From the human T2T-CHM13v2.0 reference genome, Homo sapiens: a stretch of DNA of 64,000 nt. How positions within the stretch are numbered: position 1 is the stretch's first letter; the number at the start of each line of letters is the position of its first letter. The stretch lies in the NCBI RefSeq assembly GCF_009914755.1, contig NC_060929.1. One strand, written 5' to 3'. The notes under the pieces are model-generated. The model saw only the letters and a program-made list of their open reading frames with translations, made no database searches and was not told the DNA's origin. Made by a program: the position numbers and the translations under genes. This document shows, in pieces, positions 31,893 through 47,804 of the stretch.

Positions 31893-32238
31893 CAGATGGT
31901 CCCTGACAGAATATTTTTGACTTTACAATGATGGGAAAGTGATACACATTAGTAGAAATTGTACATCAAGTATCTATACAACCTTTCTGTTTTTCAGTTT
32001 CAGTACAGTAGTCAATAAATTACATGAGATACTCAACACTTTATTATAAAATAGGCTTTGTCACATGACTTTGCTCAACTGTAGGCTAATGCAAGTGTTC
32101 TGAGCACATTTAAGGTATGCTGGCTAAGCTATGATGTACAGTTGGTTAGGTGTATTAAATGCATTTTTGACTTAAAATATTCTCAATTTAGGAGGGGTTT
32201 ATCAGGAGGTAACCCCACTATAAGTCAAGAAGCATCTG
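31893..32238. mobile_element. Tigger4/Zombi-type MITE
   Basis: ta|cagatg...catctg|ta inverted termini with TA TSD. Confidence 0.75.
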
Positions 32239-32994
32239 TAGATAGAGTGAGATGTTTATGAACACCTTGAATGGAGCATGCTCAAAGCTGGACTCATTCT
32301 TGCCCACTCCAAACCAACATGAGAGCTTCTTCCTCGACTCTCTCTGGTTCTTCATATCCACAGTCTGTGCATTTTCCAGGATTATCCTCAGAATATCTCC
32401 TCTATCTCTACTACCACAGCTCAGGTTCAAACAGCCTCCTTGGCTCCCAGAGGGACCCCCTGTCTCCAGTCTTGTCCCCTTAGATTTGTCTTCCTCAGAG
32501 GACAGATTCTGAAATCAGACTACCTGAGTTTGGATCCTGGTTCTGTCATTACTTAACCTCTCTGTGTGTCTTTTCCTTTATCTGTAAAATAAGGATAGTA
32601 ATAGTACTTATTTTATAGCCTTGTTGGGAGCATTAAATGAGTCAGTTCATGCAAAGTGTTAGGACAGTGCCTGACAAGCAGGAAGGGCTTCATACCAGCT
32701 CCACTGACTACTCAAGCCTTTGCACCAGCCACATCTGTGTGGTGTGATGTGGTGTGCAAAATTAGTTCTTTGTACTCTGCCACATTTCATGCACAGTTTG
32801 GTTGTTTATCTCATTATTTAAGATTCTGCTACCCAGAAAGCCTGGCCTAGAAGTCCCCTTCTCTTTCCCCCTTGAATATCTTTTAAAAAATATTTATAGA
32901 TGAGTTTACTACATTATATTGTAATTTTCTATGTATTTGCCTTTCTTTCCCACCAGCTCCACGAAGGAAGGACCAGATCTTATTTATCACCGTA

Positions 32995-33074
32995 TTAGGT
33001 TGGTGCAAAAGTAATTGCAGTTTTTGCAATTAAAAAAAATCACAAAAACTGCAATTACTTTTACAGCAACCTAA
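32995..33074. mobile_element. MADE1 (Hsmar1-derived 80-bp MITE), palindromic
   Basis: ttaggttggtgcaaaagtaattgc...gcaattacttttacagcaacctaa; TA TSD. Confidence 0.9.
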
Positions 33075-33500
33075 TAGTTTCAGTTTCCAGAATGACACCT
33101 GTTGCTTAGCACATAACAAATTTTGCCAAATAACAAAGGAAGAGCTAAGCAAGTACACAAGTATCTCATGTCTTTATAAATTGCATGTCTTAAGATTCAT
33201 AATCATTAAATTATGTTATCTGGTTTGTACAGAAAAATATTTATGACCTGGACTAGAAAAAAAATCACGAGCACATCCCAGCAAAAGTGCTCATTCTGGC
33301 TTTGTTGTTTGGGCTGGGAGAACTTTAAGTCTGTTTTGTTTAAAGGGGAAGGGGAAGTTGGGGAAAAATTGAAGATGCAAGAAAACATGGGGGTTTCCTT
33401 GAGTGAAGGTGGAGGGAGCTTGGAGAAACAAGCACACAGATGGAAGATCTAGATTTGAAAAGGAGAAATGCCTCATTTCTGGAACCTTCAGGGAAGGAAG

Positions 33501-33840
33501 TGCTATGATCTGGACATTTGTGCCTCTACCCCTTGAATTCCTATGTTGGAACCCTAACTCCCAAGGTGATGGTCTTGTGAAGTGGAGCCTTTGGGAAGTG
33601 ATTAGCTCAGGAGGGCAAAGCCCATGAAGGCCCAGGGAGCTCTCTTGCCCCTTCTGCAATGTGAGGTCACAGCAGAAAGATGGCCGCTTAGAAAGAGCGC
33701 CCTCACCAGACACTGAACTTGCTGGCACCTTGATCTTGGACTTCTCTGCCTCCAGAACTATGAGAAATGAACTTCTATGATGTATAAGCCACCCAGGCTA
33801 TGGCGCTTTGTGATAGCAGGCTGGGGGGGGGGACTAACAC
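33501..33840 (+). mobile_element. MaLR LTR (MLT1A/MST-like)
   Basis: tgctatgatc start; cttggacttc...agaactatgagaaat; actaacac end. Confidence 0.7.
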
Positions 33841-34584
33841 GGGAGGAAAGAATAAATGCGGGGACCGATGAGTTTATATAGAGGTTTTGCCTGATAGTTT
33901 CAATTTTATCTGAGAAGTATGAGGCAAGAAGCAGATATTTCAGTATCCACTGAAGTTGTGAGAGGCAGGGATGGAGCAGGGAAACTGGGAAGGATGAGGA
34001 ATGTTTAAAATGGGAAAGAAAGTTAACAAAGGACAGGACAAATTAGGGAGGAGCAGAAGTTACCTTCTCTCTTAAGTCTCCACCCTGTAGCCCATCCCTG
34101 GGGAGAGGCTGTTGCTGTGAGGGGCAGCCTCTCGGGCAGTGTGTGCAGGGCAAGCCAGGGTCCTGACTGTGGAGCTGGGCATGGCTTTTCAAGGAAGGGA
34201 GTGGGGAGGGCTCGACCTCTGAATCTCCCAGCCTAAGGGTGAAGGACACTGGCTCTGGCTGATTTTGAGTTTGGCAATGGGGGCTATGCCCAGGTGGTCC
34301 TCCATCTCTCCGACAGGCGTCACCCGGGCCTGCAGGTGCTGTCGTGTTGCTCCCAGCCACAGAGGCCACTAAGGCTTAGCAGGGTCACCAAGTCAGAGCC
34401 CGGGGCTGAGCTAAGAACGGCCAGAATTGCTTTCACAGGGGTTAGAATTAATTATACAGGAGATAGATTATTTACTGCATGACTGTGATGTTTATCATCC
34501 ATACTGTTAGTTGTCCGCTTTGACCATCCTCTGTCTGCCTCTATCTTTACCCCAAAGAGCCGCGACAACCAAACCATTTTCACT

Positions 34585-34612
34585 CAGCGCCCCCTAGTGG
34601 CCTGAGAGCTGC
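34585..34612 (-). promoter_or_regulatory. CTCF binding motif (core plus upstream TGCAG module)
   Basis: Minus strand reads TGCAG-ctctca-GGCCACTAGGGGGCGCTG, a near-consensus match to the CTCF core. Confidence 0.8.
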
Positions 34613-34809
34613 ACTGTCTCCGCCTTTTTTTTTTTTTGTACCCGAGCTTCATCCCTAGATGACATGTGGCTGGGTACCTCGGCACAGTTGTGTAAAAACT
34701 GCAACCAGCATTAGGACATCTTCACAGCTGTGAAGAAACTGTGACCAGCATTAGGAAATCAGAGAGACTCCTACCTAGAGCGATAGGTAAAAACCAGTCT
34801 TTCTCTTAC

Positions 34810-34908
34810 CTGAGAAAAAATGCTGCCTCTGCCAACGAGGAGTCCCATGTGCTTGCAGTCCTCATGGATCTGATTTACTTCTTCACGGGGAAGAGGCCGA
34901 CAGCTTAT
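34810..34908 (-). CDS. AGXT2: AGXT2 coding exon 13 ([33 protein letters not shown])
   Basis: 99 nt; AG at 34909-10, GTAAGA donor at 34808-09; in frame with its neighbours. Confidence 0.96.
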
Positions 34909-36228
34909 CTGTAAATATATTTTTAAAATTCTTTCTATTTGGTGTTGGAATGGTTAAAGGAATTATTTGCAAGAGAGGAAAAAAGAAAAACCCTTCAGCC
35001 ATCAATGCCCCTCTTTTTTTTCTCTCTCCCTCTTTCTCTCTGTCCTCTCCTTCCCCTGTAATTAAATGAAGCTGCTAATTGCTGAACCAGATTTTTGGAG
35101 GATGTTATTTAAAATGTTTGTTTCTAATCCGAATTCATCCCAAATTCCCAAAAGACAAAATGAAGTTCTGTGCGGATAGCCAGTGAATCTTAGCTTTGCT
35201 AATGGCTGCCTTGGGAGTCTGGTTCCTTAATAGCTAAATTTGGAGTCTGTTTTATGTGGAAATTTTCCTTAACTCTTCACTTTGTTCTGCCCATGGAAAG
35301 GGCTCATTTCAAAGGCCAGGAAATGGCTCAGAAGTTGTACAAAGGCACCAGCAGCCTGAGCTTTCCCTGGGCAGCGCAGTGGGACAGCTGAGGAGGGGCC
35401 GGTTTGTCCTAATTTCCCTGCTTGTAGGACTTGCTCTTTCTCCCCCAAGACTGCATCCTCCAGGGTTAGGAAAGGTAAGTGCTCCAGGAGCCGAGAGCCT
35501 GTGTCAGATCCCCAGCCATTCAGAGCAGGTCCCCTCCCTGTGGGGTCAGACATTGGGCTGACTTGCATCCTTTCTGTGCGTCCCCTGTCTTCCCAGTCTG
35601 TGAGTACAAACGTCTCCCTCTGACTTAGTCATGTCACACCTGACAGCATGTCTGCATTACCTGGAAGGCTTTCAAATGACAGATATTTGGGCCTCATGCT
35701 AGGCCAATCAAATTAGAATATTGGAAGCAGGGCTTAGGCATCTGCATTTTTAAAATGGTCCTCAGGTGACCGGGCTAAGCGAGCTAAGTGAGGTAGACGG
35801 GGCCCCTCTAGTGTGCCCAGTTTCATTACATCCTCCACACTTCCTACCCACCCTCAGTCTGGGCTTTGCCATCCACTTCCTTCTTCCCACCAACCCCAGA
35901 TCCAACTCTTTCCCCAATCCTCCATTTCTTGTAAGGTGTCATTGTCTGAGAACAGAATAAGATGGGACCTCCTAGAGAGATATGTGCATTTTGTTCTGTC
36001 TTAAAGCCTTAACATAAGCAAAATACATATTCAAACTTTCAGACTATTGGATCAGAAAGGACCTGAGGGAGAGGGAAGGACTAGAATCCTCTCATTGACT
36101 TCAAAATGCTATCATGCATTCCACTTACGACTGATTGGAAAGAGACAATGAAAATAATTTAGGGCTAAACTGTGAGAACTAGAAGGGCATTAAATATGAT
36201 TTGAGAGGCCAGAGGGATTGGAGAGTAA

Positions 36229-36571
<343 letters not shown>

Positions 36572-37346
36572 CAACAGGACAGTTTTGAATGGGTGGAGTC
36601 TGTGTGGCTTCACCCCGACCTTGCTCTGGGCCAGCACCCTCTTGGCTCCCTTGCCCATTTTATCCCTCCCTGACCTCAACTGCTATGGCTAATTGAACAT
36701 CTTGTATGCCATCCTCAGGGAAAAAAAGCAGGGTCTGAAACTCTGCTGAGGCTTAAGCCACAGCGCAGCCTGCCGAGGCCCTTGTGCCCATGCCTGTGCC
36801 CCAACTGCTTGATAATGAAGTGGGCATGCTAGTAATTAAACTTCTTGATGAATGTATAATGGACCATCGTGTTTATCTCTTTTGGTGAATCTATGTTTAA
36901 AGAATTATAAATTTAAAATTTGAAAAAAAATTCAAATGTTCTGGAAGTGCATAAAGTAAAACGAGAACATTTCCCCACTTCCTATCCTATTCCTAGGGAC
37001 ACCTTCTATTGACAATTTGGTGTGAAACAGATACTTTTTCTATGCATGCAAATACATCTATATGCATGTTTTAAAAAATAAGTCATTTAATAATGTTTGG
37101 CAATTTCCTTTTAATAATATATGGTATATCTTGGACATCTTTCCATGTCAGTATATTTGGACTTAGTCTTCTTAAACGTTACCTAGTATTTCATTGCAGT
37201 AAGTTGTTCAACCTCCTAATGTTGAGCATTTAGGTTGTTTCCAATTTTTCATGATTATAAACAATGCTGCAAATATTCCTATTCATACATATTTTTAGAC
37301 AGTTTTGAGGGTATTTCTTTGGGACACACTTCTAGAAATTGCCAGG

Positions 37347-37735
37347 TATGTTAGGCCATTCTTGTGTTGCTGCAAAGGAATACCTGAGACTGGGTAATTT
37401 ATAAAGAAAAGAGGTTTAATTGGCTCACAGTTCTACAGGCTGTACAAGCATGGCTCCAGCACCCGCTTCTAGTGAGGGGCTCAGGAACCTTACAATCATG
37501 GCAGAAGGCAAAGGGTGAGCAGATGGGTCGTGTGGGGAGAGCAGGAGCAAGAGAGGGAGTTAGGGAGGTGCCATACATTTTTAAACAACCAGATCTCAGA
37601 TGAAGTCACTCGTCACCAAGCCATTGATGAGGAATCCGCCCCCATGATCCAAATACCTCCTACTGGCTCCACCTCCAACACTGGGGATTACATTTCAACA
37701 TGAGATTTGGAGGGACAAACATTCAAACCATATCA
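37347..37735 (-). mobile_element. MST-type MaLR LTR
   Basis: ...aatacctgagactgggtaatttataaag...aaaccatatca. Confidence 0.75.
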
Positions 37736-38040
37736 CCAGGTCAAAATGTATAGATATTTAAAATTTTGAGAGCTGCAGACAAATTACTGTCCAAAGGGCT
37801 GTACCTCCTTACCAACAGAATATGAGAGTACCTATCCTGGGTGATGCTGGACAGCATTATAGCAAAGTTCTTGGGTATTATAACTATGCGACTGTGGTTT
37901 GATGTGTTGCAGGGGCCTGAAATTAATTGAGAAACACAAAGCACTTACCATCTGTATGTTTCCTGGCCTCAAAAGTGTAAACTTATTTAGGAAAATAAGG
38001 TATTTATACATAAAAGGTGAGTCAACAAATACAGGTTAGG

Positions 38041-38409
38041 TGACACAGAGTGAATGTTTGTGTCCCTCAAAATTCATATATTGAAACCTAATACCCAAGG
38101 GGATGGCATAATATTGGGAGGTGGGGCCTTTGAGAGGTGATTAGGTTACAAGAGTGGAACCCTCATGAATGAGATCAGTACCCTCATAAAAGAGGCTCCA
38201 GAAAGCTCTTTTGCCTCATTTACTAGGTGAGGGCACAGCAAGAAGGCACCATCTATGAACCAGAAAGTGGGCCCTCGTCAGACACCAAGTTGGCCTGCAC
38301 CTTGTTCTTGGACTTTCCAGTCTCCAGAACCATGAGGAATACATTTCTGTTGTTTATAAGATATCCAATCTATAGAACTTTGCTATAGCAGCCTGAATGG
38401 ACTAATATA
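38041..38409 (+). mobile_element. MLT1A-type LTR
   Basis: Typical MLT1A sequence ending gactaata. Confidence 0.7.
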
Positions 38410-38782
38410 GTGGAAAAGATCTTTTCAAAGCAGCTCCTTAGACAGTGAGTACCAGAGGAATTCTCTGAAGGGTGGATTTCCTGGATAGAGGAGAAGCAAA
38501 GGCAAGCTTTAAGGAGATGCGATGGAGAGCTTGATCTTGAAAAAGACTAGGATTTCCATAGGTAGATATAGAGGGGAGAATACTGTGTTCCATGGTTGAG
38601 GAAAAGCTTGAGTGGCATTTGGATTTGGAGAGTAATTGCATTGAGGGGACAGTGAGTAGAATTAGGGGATGTAGGAGCTGGGATTTAAATCCAGGTGGTC
38701 TGCCCTTAGAGCCCATGCTTATACTAACAAATGGTTCAGCGAAGAGAAAAAGAGCCCCTTCTATAGATACTATTTTATAACC

Positions 38783-39217
38783 TTGCTATAGTTTGGATAT
38801 TTGGCCCTCCAAACCTCAAATGGAAGTTTGATCCCCAATGTTGGAGGTGGGTCCTAAAAAGAGGTGCTTGGGTGGTGGGGGCAGATCCCTCATGAATGTC
38901 TTGGTGCTGTCCTCTCCATGATGAGTTGTCACTCCATTAGTTCCTTCTAGAGCTGGCTGTTGAAAACAGCCTGGCACCTACCAACCCCTGATCTCTTGCT
39001 TTCTCTCTCTCTCTCTCTCCCTCATCAGTGACCTCTGCATATGCCAGCGCCTCTTCCCCTTCCACCACGAACAGAAGCAGTCTGAGGCCCTCATCAGATG
39101 CAGATGCTGGTGTCATGCTTCCTGTACGGTCTGCAGAACCATGAGCCAAATAAACCTCTTTTCTTGATAAATTGCCCAGCCTCAGGTATTCCTTTACAGC
39201 AACATAAATGGACTAAA
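38783..39217 (+). mobile_element. MSTB-type LTR
   Basis: tgctatagtttgga start; aataaacctctttt...ggactaa end. Confidence 0.75.
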
Positions 39218-40236
39218 AAAACCTGTTTCATTGTTTCCACAATATGGCTTGCACATATTTCCATGTCAAATATATATCTATGCCATTATAGTGGGGATAT
39301 GCCACAAGCTAGCTTGCTTTGTATGAACGGTCATCTGGGAGGGGGATTCTGGTGTTTTACTAAGACAAAGTTGTGATGAACATCTTTGTTCATATGACTT
39401 TGAGCACACAGAGGTTGGGTTCAGAACAGAGAAAAAGGAAGAACTCCTCCTCTCTCATTGGGCTTTCCTCTCTCAAGTCTACACTTTGAGGAGTATAGAT
39501 AACTTTCAGGGAACCCCTTGGGTGGAGATTAGGATGAACTCTTCTGAACGTTACAACAACTCTTGTACTTGTCCACACACTGAAATACGTTATGACTTGT
39601 GAGCTCTTCTCCATTGTAGAATGCATGTTGGGGTCAAAACAAATAAATAAATAAAATTATGAGCTGGGGACCTTAGTCTCATATTACCCTTTGTTTATTT
39701 TACTGGTGTCTTCCCTTGGCTTTCAAATCTTACTTAAACATCCCAGCTTTGTACTGGCTGTGACATGTGGTATGAATTGAAGAGTCTTATACCATGTCTG
39801 GTCTAAAAAATTGAGCATCAATCCTTCTAAAGTAGAATGGTGGTAAAACCAAAGAGGTAGAAATTGCTAGGGAAAGCTGGATCCCTGTAGACATGAGGTT
39901 AGTCTGGCTATTCCTCCCTACTCCCAAGATTCTCCTGCTCTTTTCAGGCTTTGATTTTATGGAGGAAAGGCACAATTTCCTACAGGCATTTACTATAGGG
40001 GCTGCAGTAGAAACAAAGGGAAAGATTTGAGAGACATGGGAGAGAAGAGATATCAATGAGTCCTGTTGTTAGAAACAAGGGAAGAGGAGGAGTCAGATGA
40101 TTTTGTGCTATTGAGGCTGAGTAATTGGGAGAACGGTGGAGTGTGAGAAACAAACAGTGATCTTGGGAGAAATATCTGGTTTGGGGGAAGATGCTAAGTT
40201 CAATTGCTGTTATGATGAGTTAGAGGTCTCAGTGGG

Positions 40237-40334
40237 CAACATTCCTCCCTGGTTACTTGGGAGGTTGAAATCCATTCACAAGTAACAACATTCCTCCCTG
40301 GTTACTTGGGAGGTTGAAATCCATTCACAAGTAA
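40237..40334. repeat. Perfect 49-bp tandem duplication
   Basis: caacattcctccctggttacttgggaggttgaaatccattcacaagtaa x2, identical. Confidence 0.95.
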
Positions 40335-40361
40335 GCATGCAAACAAACAAAACTCAATATA

Positions 40362-40658
<297 letters not shown>

Positions 40659-41047
40659 CTAATATATATTTAACCTCCTCACCCCAAACCTTCACCATAA
40701 CATTTTCCTGGCCCTTCTTTCTTATTCCTTCTGTTTCTCCCCAGATAATTTCCTCCCTTCCCTGTATTTCTAAGTATTCGGTCATTGCCTATGCTATTTG
40801 CCTAGGATGGCAAGGATAATGTTGGTTTCTTTTCCCAGTGCTCTCCCTCATCCCTCTAGAATTCTTGATGATCTGCCAGCATTTTGTTCATACTCAACAC
40901 TCTCTACTAATCTCTAAAGGGCTTTGCTGAAATCTTGCTGTTTGTGTCTGCTCTCTCCTTGAGAGTAAATGAAGTTTAGCTGATGTTTCCTCCTATATCT
41001 CCTGCTGGCTCCAAGCAGCTGAGAGAGAGGGGCAGATTAGCACCTAC

Positions 41048-41197
41048 CTTATCCTGCACCATTTCTATGCCTATCATGAGGCCTTTGCCTCGGACGTCTC
41101 CAACAATTTCAAATTCATCCCGCAGCTTAGCAAACTTTAGTAACATGTAGGTCCCAACTTCTTGACTGTTTTCCTGTAGATTTTCTTCTTTAATCAC
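41048..41197 (-). CDS. AGXT2: AGXT2 coding exon 12 ([50 protein letters not shown])
   Basis: 150 nt; AG at 41198-99, GT at 41046-47; '[12 protein letters not shown]' motif. Confidence 0.97.
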
Positions 41198-41445
41198 CTG
41201 TTAAGAGAAAGCCCCAAATGATCTTACATGGCAGAAGTTCTAAGATTGACTGAGAATCGTGGAGAAGTCATTTGACATGGCCCTCTTGTAACTTAACCAA
41301 ACAGAATGCAGAACAAGTCTAGTGTGACCACAAGGACTACAAAAAGATCTGTTGTAAGGAGAGAAGAAAAGTCTTAGGGGAGGGGATATGCTTCTGCCTC
41401 CAACTCCCTCACCTTCAGAGGTGGCTAAGTATTTAGGAAATAATA

Positions 41446-41776
<331 letters not shown>

Positions 41777-42237
41777 TCAATGCAGTTGAAAATGTAGATT
41801 CTGAAATCCCAAGGTTTGTTATTGTCAGGCTTTGCTGAGAACTGGGATATATTTGTGAATAAGATGAATGCTCTGTGGAAAGAAATATCACAGATGGTTT
41901 CCCTACTGGAAGATGGTGACCTTTGCTCAGCAGGCCTCAGCCAGACATGGACTCTCATAGCCAAGCAGCCTGGTCTGAGGCTCTGGCCTCTTTGGCTGAG
42001 CCCAGAGCCAGGGCACCAGAAGATATAAAAGGATTTTTACCTCAGTTTTACTTACAGCAAACACCTGTGGTTCTTGACAAGATACATGAAATATACTATA
42101 TTTTTATTTAGCTGACAATAATTGCATGACTCCAGGCAAACCTTGTTATTTTTATAGACCTATTTGTTCACCTAAACCTTCTTGCCTTCTAAATTGGTTG
42201 AGGTAACAAAGCACTTTTTAAAAGAAGTTGGCAATGT

Positions 42238-42578
<341 letters not shown>

Positions 42579-42709
42579 TCATCTCATGACTTAATTGTAG
42601 TTGAAAATAACTATTTAATTAATAAAGGCAGTGTTTTCTTATTTATTTTTATTTAAAATTTTTTTGGAATAGGTAAATCAAGTTCATGGTCGAAAATCAG
42701 TGAGTGTAA

Positions 42710-42959
42710 CTGCTAGTGGGACTGTAAATTAGTACAACCTCTATGGAAAACAGTATGGAGATTTCTAAAAGAACTAAAAGTAGTTCTATCCTTCGGTCCA
42801 GCAATCCCACTTCTGGGTATCTACTCAAAGGAAAAAAAAGCCATTATATCAAAAAGACACCTGCACATATATGTTTATTGTAGTACAACTCACAATTGCA
42901 AAGATATGGAACCAACCTAAGAGCCCATCAATTGATGAGTGGATAAAGAAAATGTGGTG

Positions 42960-43006
<47 letters not shown>

Positions 43007-43285
43007 CATGGAATACCACTCAGCCATAAAAAAGAAAATAATGTCTTTCACAGCAACTAATAAGTGTTCTCACTTATAGGTGAGAGCTAAGCTATGGGTA
43101 CACAATAGACATTGGAGACCCAGAAGCGGGGAAGCTGGGAGGGGGGTGAGGGATGGAAAATTACATATTGGGTACAATGTACACTACTTGGGTGACAGTG
43201 CACTAAAGTCTCAGACTTCACCACTATACAATTCATCCATGTAACCAAAACCGACTTGTATCCCAAAAGCTATTGAAATAAATAA
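42710..43285 (+). mobile_element. L1PB/MA 3' end containing a (CA)n microsatellite (~42963-43004)
   Basis: L1 3' terminal sequence; about 21 CA repeats. Confidence 0.8.
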
Positions 43286-44000
43286 ATATATATACATATA
43301 TAAATATATATGTGTATGTATATATATAAATATCAGCAAGTATAAAAGTATATACAGCAGAATGACCCTTGTTGACCCTTGGCCCCCAGCCACCTAGTTT
43401 TCCTCCCCACAAAAAAAACCATCATTTACTTCTTAGACATTCTTCCAGAAATTTGTTACAGTTCTTTAAGCAAATGATATTAGGCGTGTTAACAAGAACA
43501 TTAAAAAAAATCTTTTTTTAAACAGATGCGATCCCAGGCTAAATCAATGGTGTAGGGGTGAACAGCTGAATTACCTTGCTGTAAGCACGTAGAACTCAGT
43601 GTCTCCTTAGTCATTCAATTTATAATAGTACAACAAAAGGAAGGAAGAAAAAATACACAAGAGAAGGCCAACATGAAACTAAATACAAGGATAGCAGTTA
43701 ACATCTATAAATCACTACCAAGATAACAAAGAAATTTCAGCTGGCTAGGAAAATTCTTATATTTCCCATGTATGTGAGGTTTATTATATATTATTTCTTA
43801 TCCAATACTTTCAGCACCCAAAGTAGGTCTTTAAAAAGGGAGAAGGCAGAATAATAAATGGAAATCTAACTTTAATGGATAAACTATGAATTAACTCTCC
43901 CCTTTAACAACTCAGCATGATAGAGTTCTGCTAATGCATGTGTGGTTTTGAAAGAGTCATTTGTGAAATGAGTGAGGTTAATGTGGCCGCTGGAACCAAC

Positions 44001-44092
44001 CTCAAGCACAGCAGATCCAATGGCACAGGCCATGGGGTTCCCTCCAAAGGTGTTGAAGTGCTGCAGGCATTTCGCCAAAGATTTGGCAATCT
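44001..44092 (-). CDS. AGXT2: AGXT2 coding exon 11 ([31 protein letters not shown])
   Basis: 92 nt; AG at 44093-94, GT at 43999-44000; 'TFGGNP' motif. Confidence 0.97.
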
Positions 44093-44548
44093 CTAGAGGG
44101 AGAAAATAGAAGGTGTGGAAAGAGGGACACATTCCTGTCCACAATCTCTCATCGCGCCATTTGGACTACAGTTACTTCGTGTTGTAAATGGCATCCAATC
44201 CAATTCATCCTTCATTCAACTGATAGTAGATGTTAGGGACTGAATTGTATCGCCTCAAAATTTATATGGCTGAAGCCTTAACCCTGAATAAGACTGTATT
44301 TGGAGATAGTGCGTTTAAGTAGGTAATTAGGTTAAATAAGGTCATCAGGGTGGGGCCCTATCTAAGCCCAAGGAACTGGTTTTCTTATAAGAAGAGGAAG
44401 AGACACCAGAGCCCTCTCCCACCCCTCTCCTCTTTCCATCTTCTCTCCCTCTTCCATATACCTCAAAAGTGTGGTGGAACCCTGAGTTTCATCATAGGCA
44501 TGGGAGAATTAGTCTTCCCTACAGGTAGATCAGAATGGGCTGGCTTTC

Positions 44549-44846
44549 GGATAGGGGTGCAGTGGCTCACGCCTGTAATCCCATCACTTTGGGAGGCCAA
44601 GGTCAAACACCTGAGGTCAGGAGTTTGAGACCAGCCTGGCCAACATGGTGAAACTCCGTTTCTACTAAAAATACAAAAATTAGCTGGGTGTGGTGGTGCG
44701 CACCTGTAATCGCAGCTACTCAGGAGGCTGAGGCAGGAGAATTGCTTGCACCTGCGGAGGCAGAGGGTGCAATGAGCCAAGATTGTGCCACTGCACTCAA
44801 GCCTGGGTGACAGAGCAAGACTCTGTCTCAAAAAAAAAAAAAAAAA
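44549..44846 (+). mobile_element. Alu
   Basis: Dimer with poly(A). Confidence 0.9.
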
Positions 44847-44952
44847 GGGCTGGCTTTCTTCCAACTGTTTCACAGTCAGGCAGACAGACTGTTTCTCTCT
44901 TTCATTTGCTTGGGAAATGCATCATGTGGTTTCCATGATTGTCTCCAATCTA

Positions 44953-45617
<665 letters not shown>

Positions 45618-46601
45618 TCATGGACAAAGCGCTTAATTTGTGCCTGAGCTATTAGGCATCAAGAGTCATTTCCTAGCTTTGTGCAATTCTGGGTATGTTT
45701 CTTAAGTCCTTGGAACCTCTGCTAACTCATCCGTCAAGTAGAAATACAACAATATGTCACAGGCTCCATGAGGGTCATACAAATATTATGACAGGGATCA
45801 TTATGATTAACAATCTTTGATGAGCGTTTCCTCTGTGTAAGAAAGCAGGATAGAAAAGTAGAGAAGCTGAGTCTGCCCCAGGATAGATGAAGAGGGAGTT
45901 ACTGTCAGTCAAGTGGAGCTGGGGCACTTGCTCCAGCCCAGTTAAACTGGTCATCCTCTTCCCAGGGATGCCTTCCCCTTCCTGAGAACTGTATCATGAG
46001 GAGGACCCAGACGAGGCAGTTAACTCAGGGTTGAACTCCTCTAATTTAGGAATTGTGGTTTGGACTAAAAGTTGACCTTAGTTTTTTTGTGCATGCTGTT
46101 CGCTCTTTCTAGAAGACCCTCTTCTTGCTGCTTTGTCTCACCGACTTCTTCTGTGCTTCAAAACAAACTTTGCCATCACTTGGTTTCTGAAGGTTCTCCT
46201 GAGCCTTAGTTAGGCTCCCTCTCAAGGTACTCTGGGAAGGCTGCCATAGAGACTTTCATAGAGGACTGTTATCACCAGTGGGCATGTCCGATGGCAGGGA
46301 CTGTGTCTTACTCCATTCTGTATCCATAACACCTAGCACAGTGCCTGATACAAAGTAGACACTTAGTAAGCACTTGTGGAATGAATGACAGGGTGGCAGA
46401 ATTGCCTGATTAAATAAAGCCATACAAACATCTCCACGCACATTTCTGCCAGAGCCTTTCTGGTGAAGTCTCCTCGATTTCTTTCTGGCTCTCAGTCTCC
46501 CTGCCTGTCTCTCTGTCTGTCTGTCTCTCTCCACACATACACAAAATGCAAAATGGGGGTTAGGGATGTGGGCACTAGAAGCCGATTCTGAAATGCACTT
46601 A

Positions 46602-47090
<489 letters not shown>

Positions 47091-47276
47091 CTGGGTTGCC
47101 TCCTTCCTACTAATGAGCCTCTGGGCAGCTGATTGATTTTTCCAAATGGGATAATGTACGAGGAGCTCGTGGAAAATCCATCCATTTTGTCTTCCTGCGT
47201 GTCTTTCTTTTTCACTCCATCTAAATACCATACATAAATGGCATAAATGGTGAAAAATCAGATTGCTTGGACAATG

Positions 47277-47804
47277 TGTAACAGTGAAAAGGAAGCCTAG
47301 CATGACTTAATCCATTTTGCTCCTAACCAGCTTGCTCTCATCCTCCCACTGTGATGATGTCTTTTAGGTTAACTGCTTTTGTTTATCTCTGCATATAGGC
47401 TAAGCTAACTATGGGAGGAATTTAGTTTATGGTTTAACTTTGAGGCAAGGATGCTTTAAAAAGAATCCCTGAGGAGATAAGAAGGATGAACACACAAGTA
47501 ACAACATTACATTAAAAATTTATAACAGTATTGTAACCTGACCAAGGATGAAAGTTTATCCTTGCTGCAGCCCAAACGTCTGTGGTCACCAGTCACCTTT
47601 TGACCTCAACCCCCTCCCTCTTCCCCTTTCCCTTAACATAAAAGGAACCCACATATGCTTAAGGTGGTTCTTTAGGACATGAGCCTGCCGTCTTCTCGGT
47701 TTGCTTGCTCCCCCAAATAAAGTGGTCTTCCTTGCCCCAACATCTTATTGCTTGACTTACTGACTGTTTTGCAGCAAGTGGTACAAGCTTTGGACTCAGT
47801 TACA
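47277..47804 (+). mobile_element. ERV1 solo LTR (MER57/LTR8-group-like)
   Basis: TGTAAC...GTTACA inverted termini; 4-bp TSD aatg. Confidence 0.75.
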
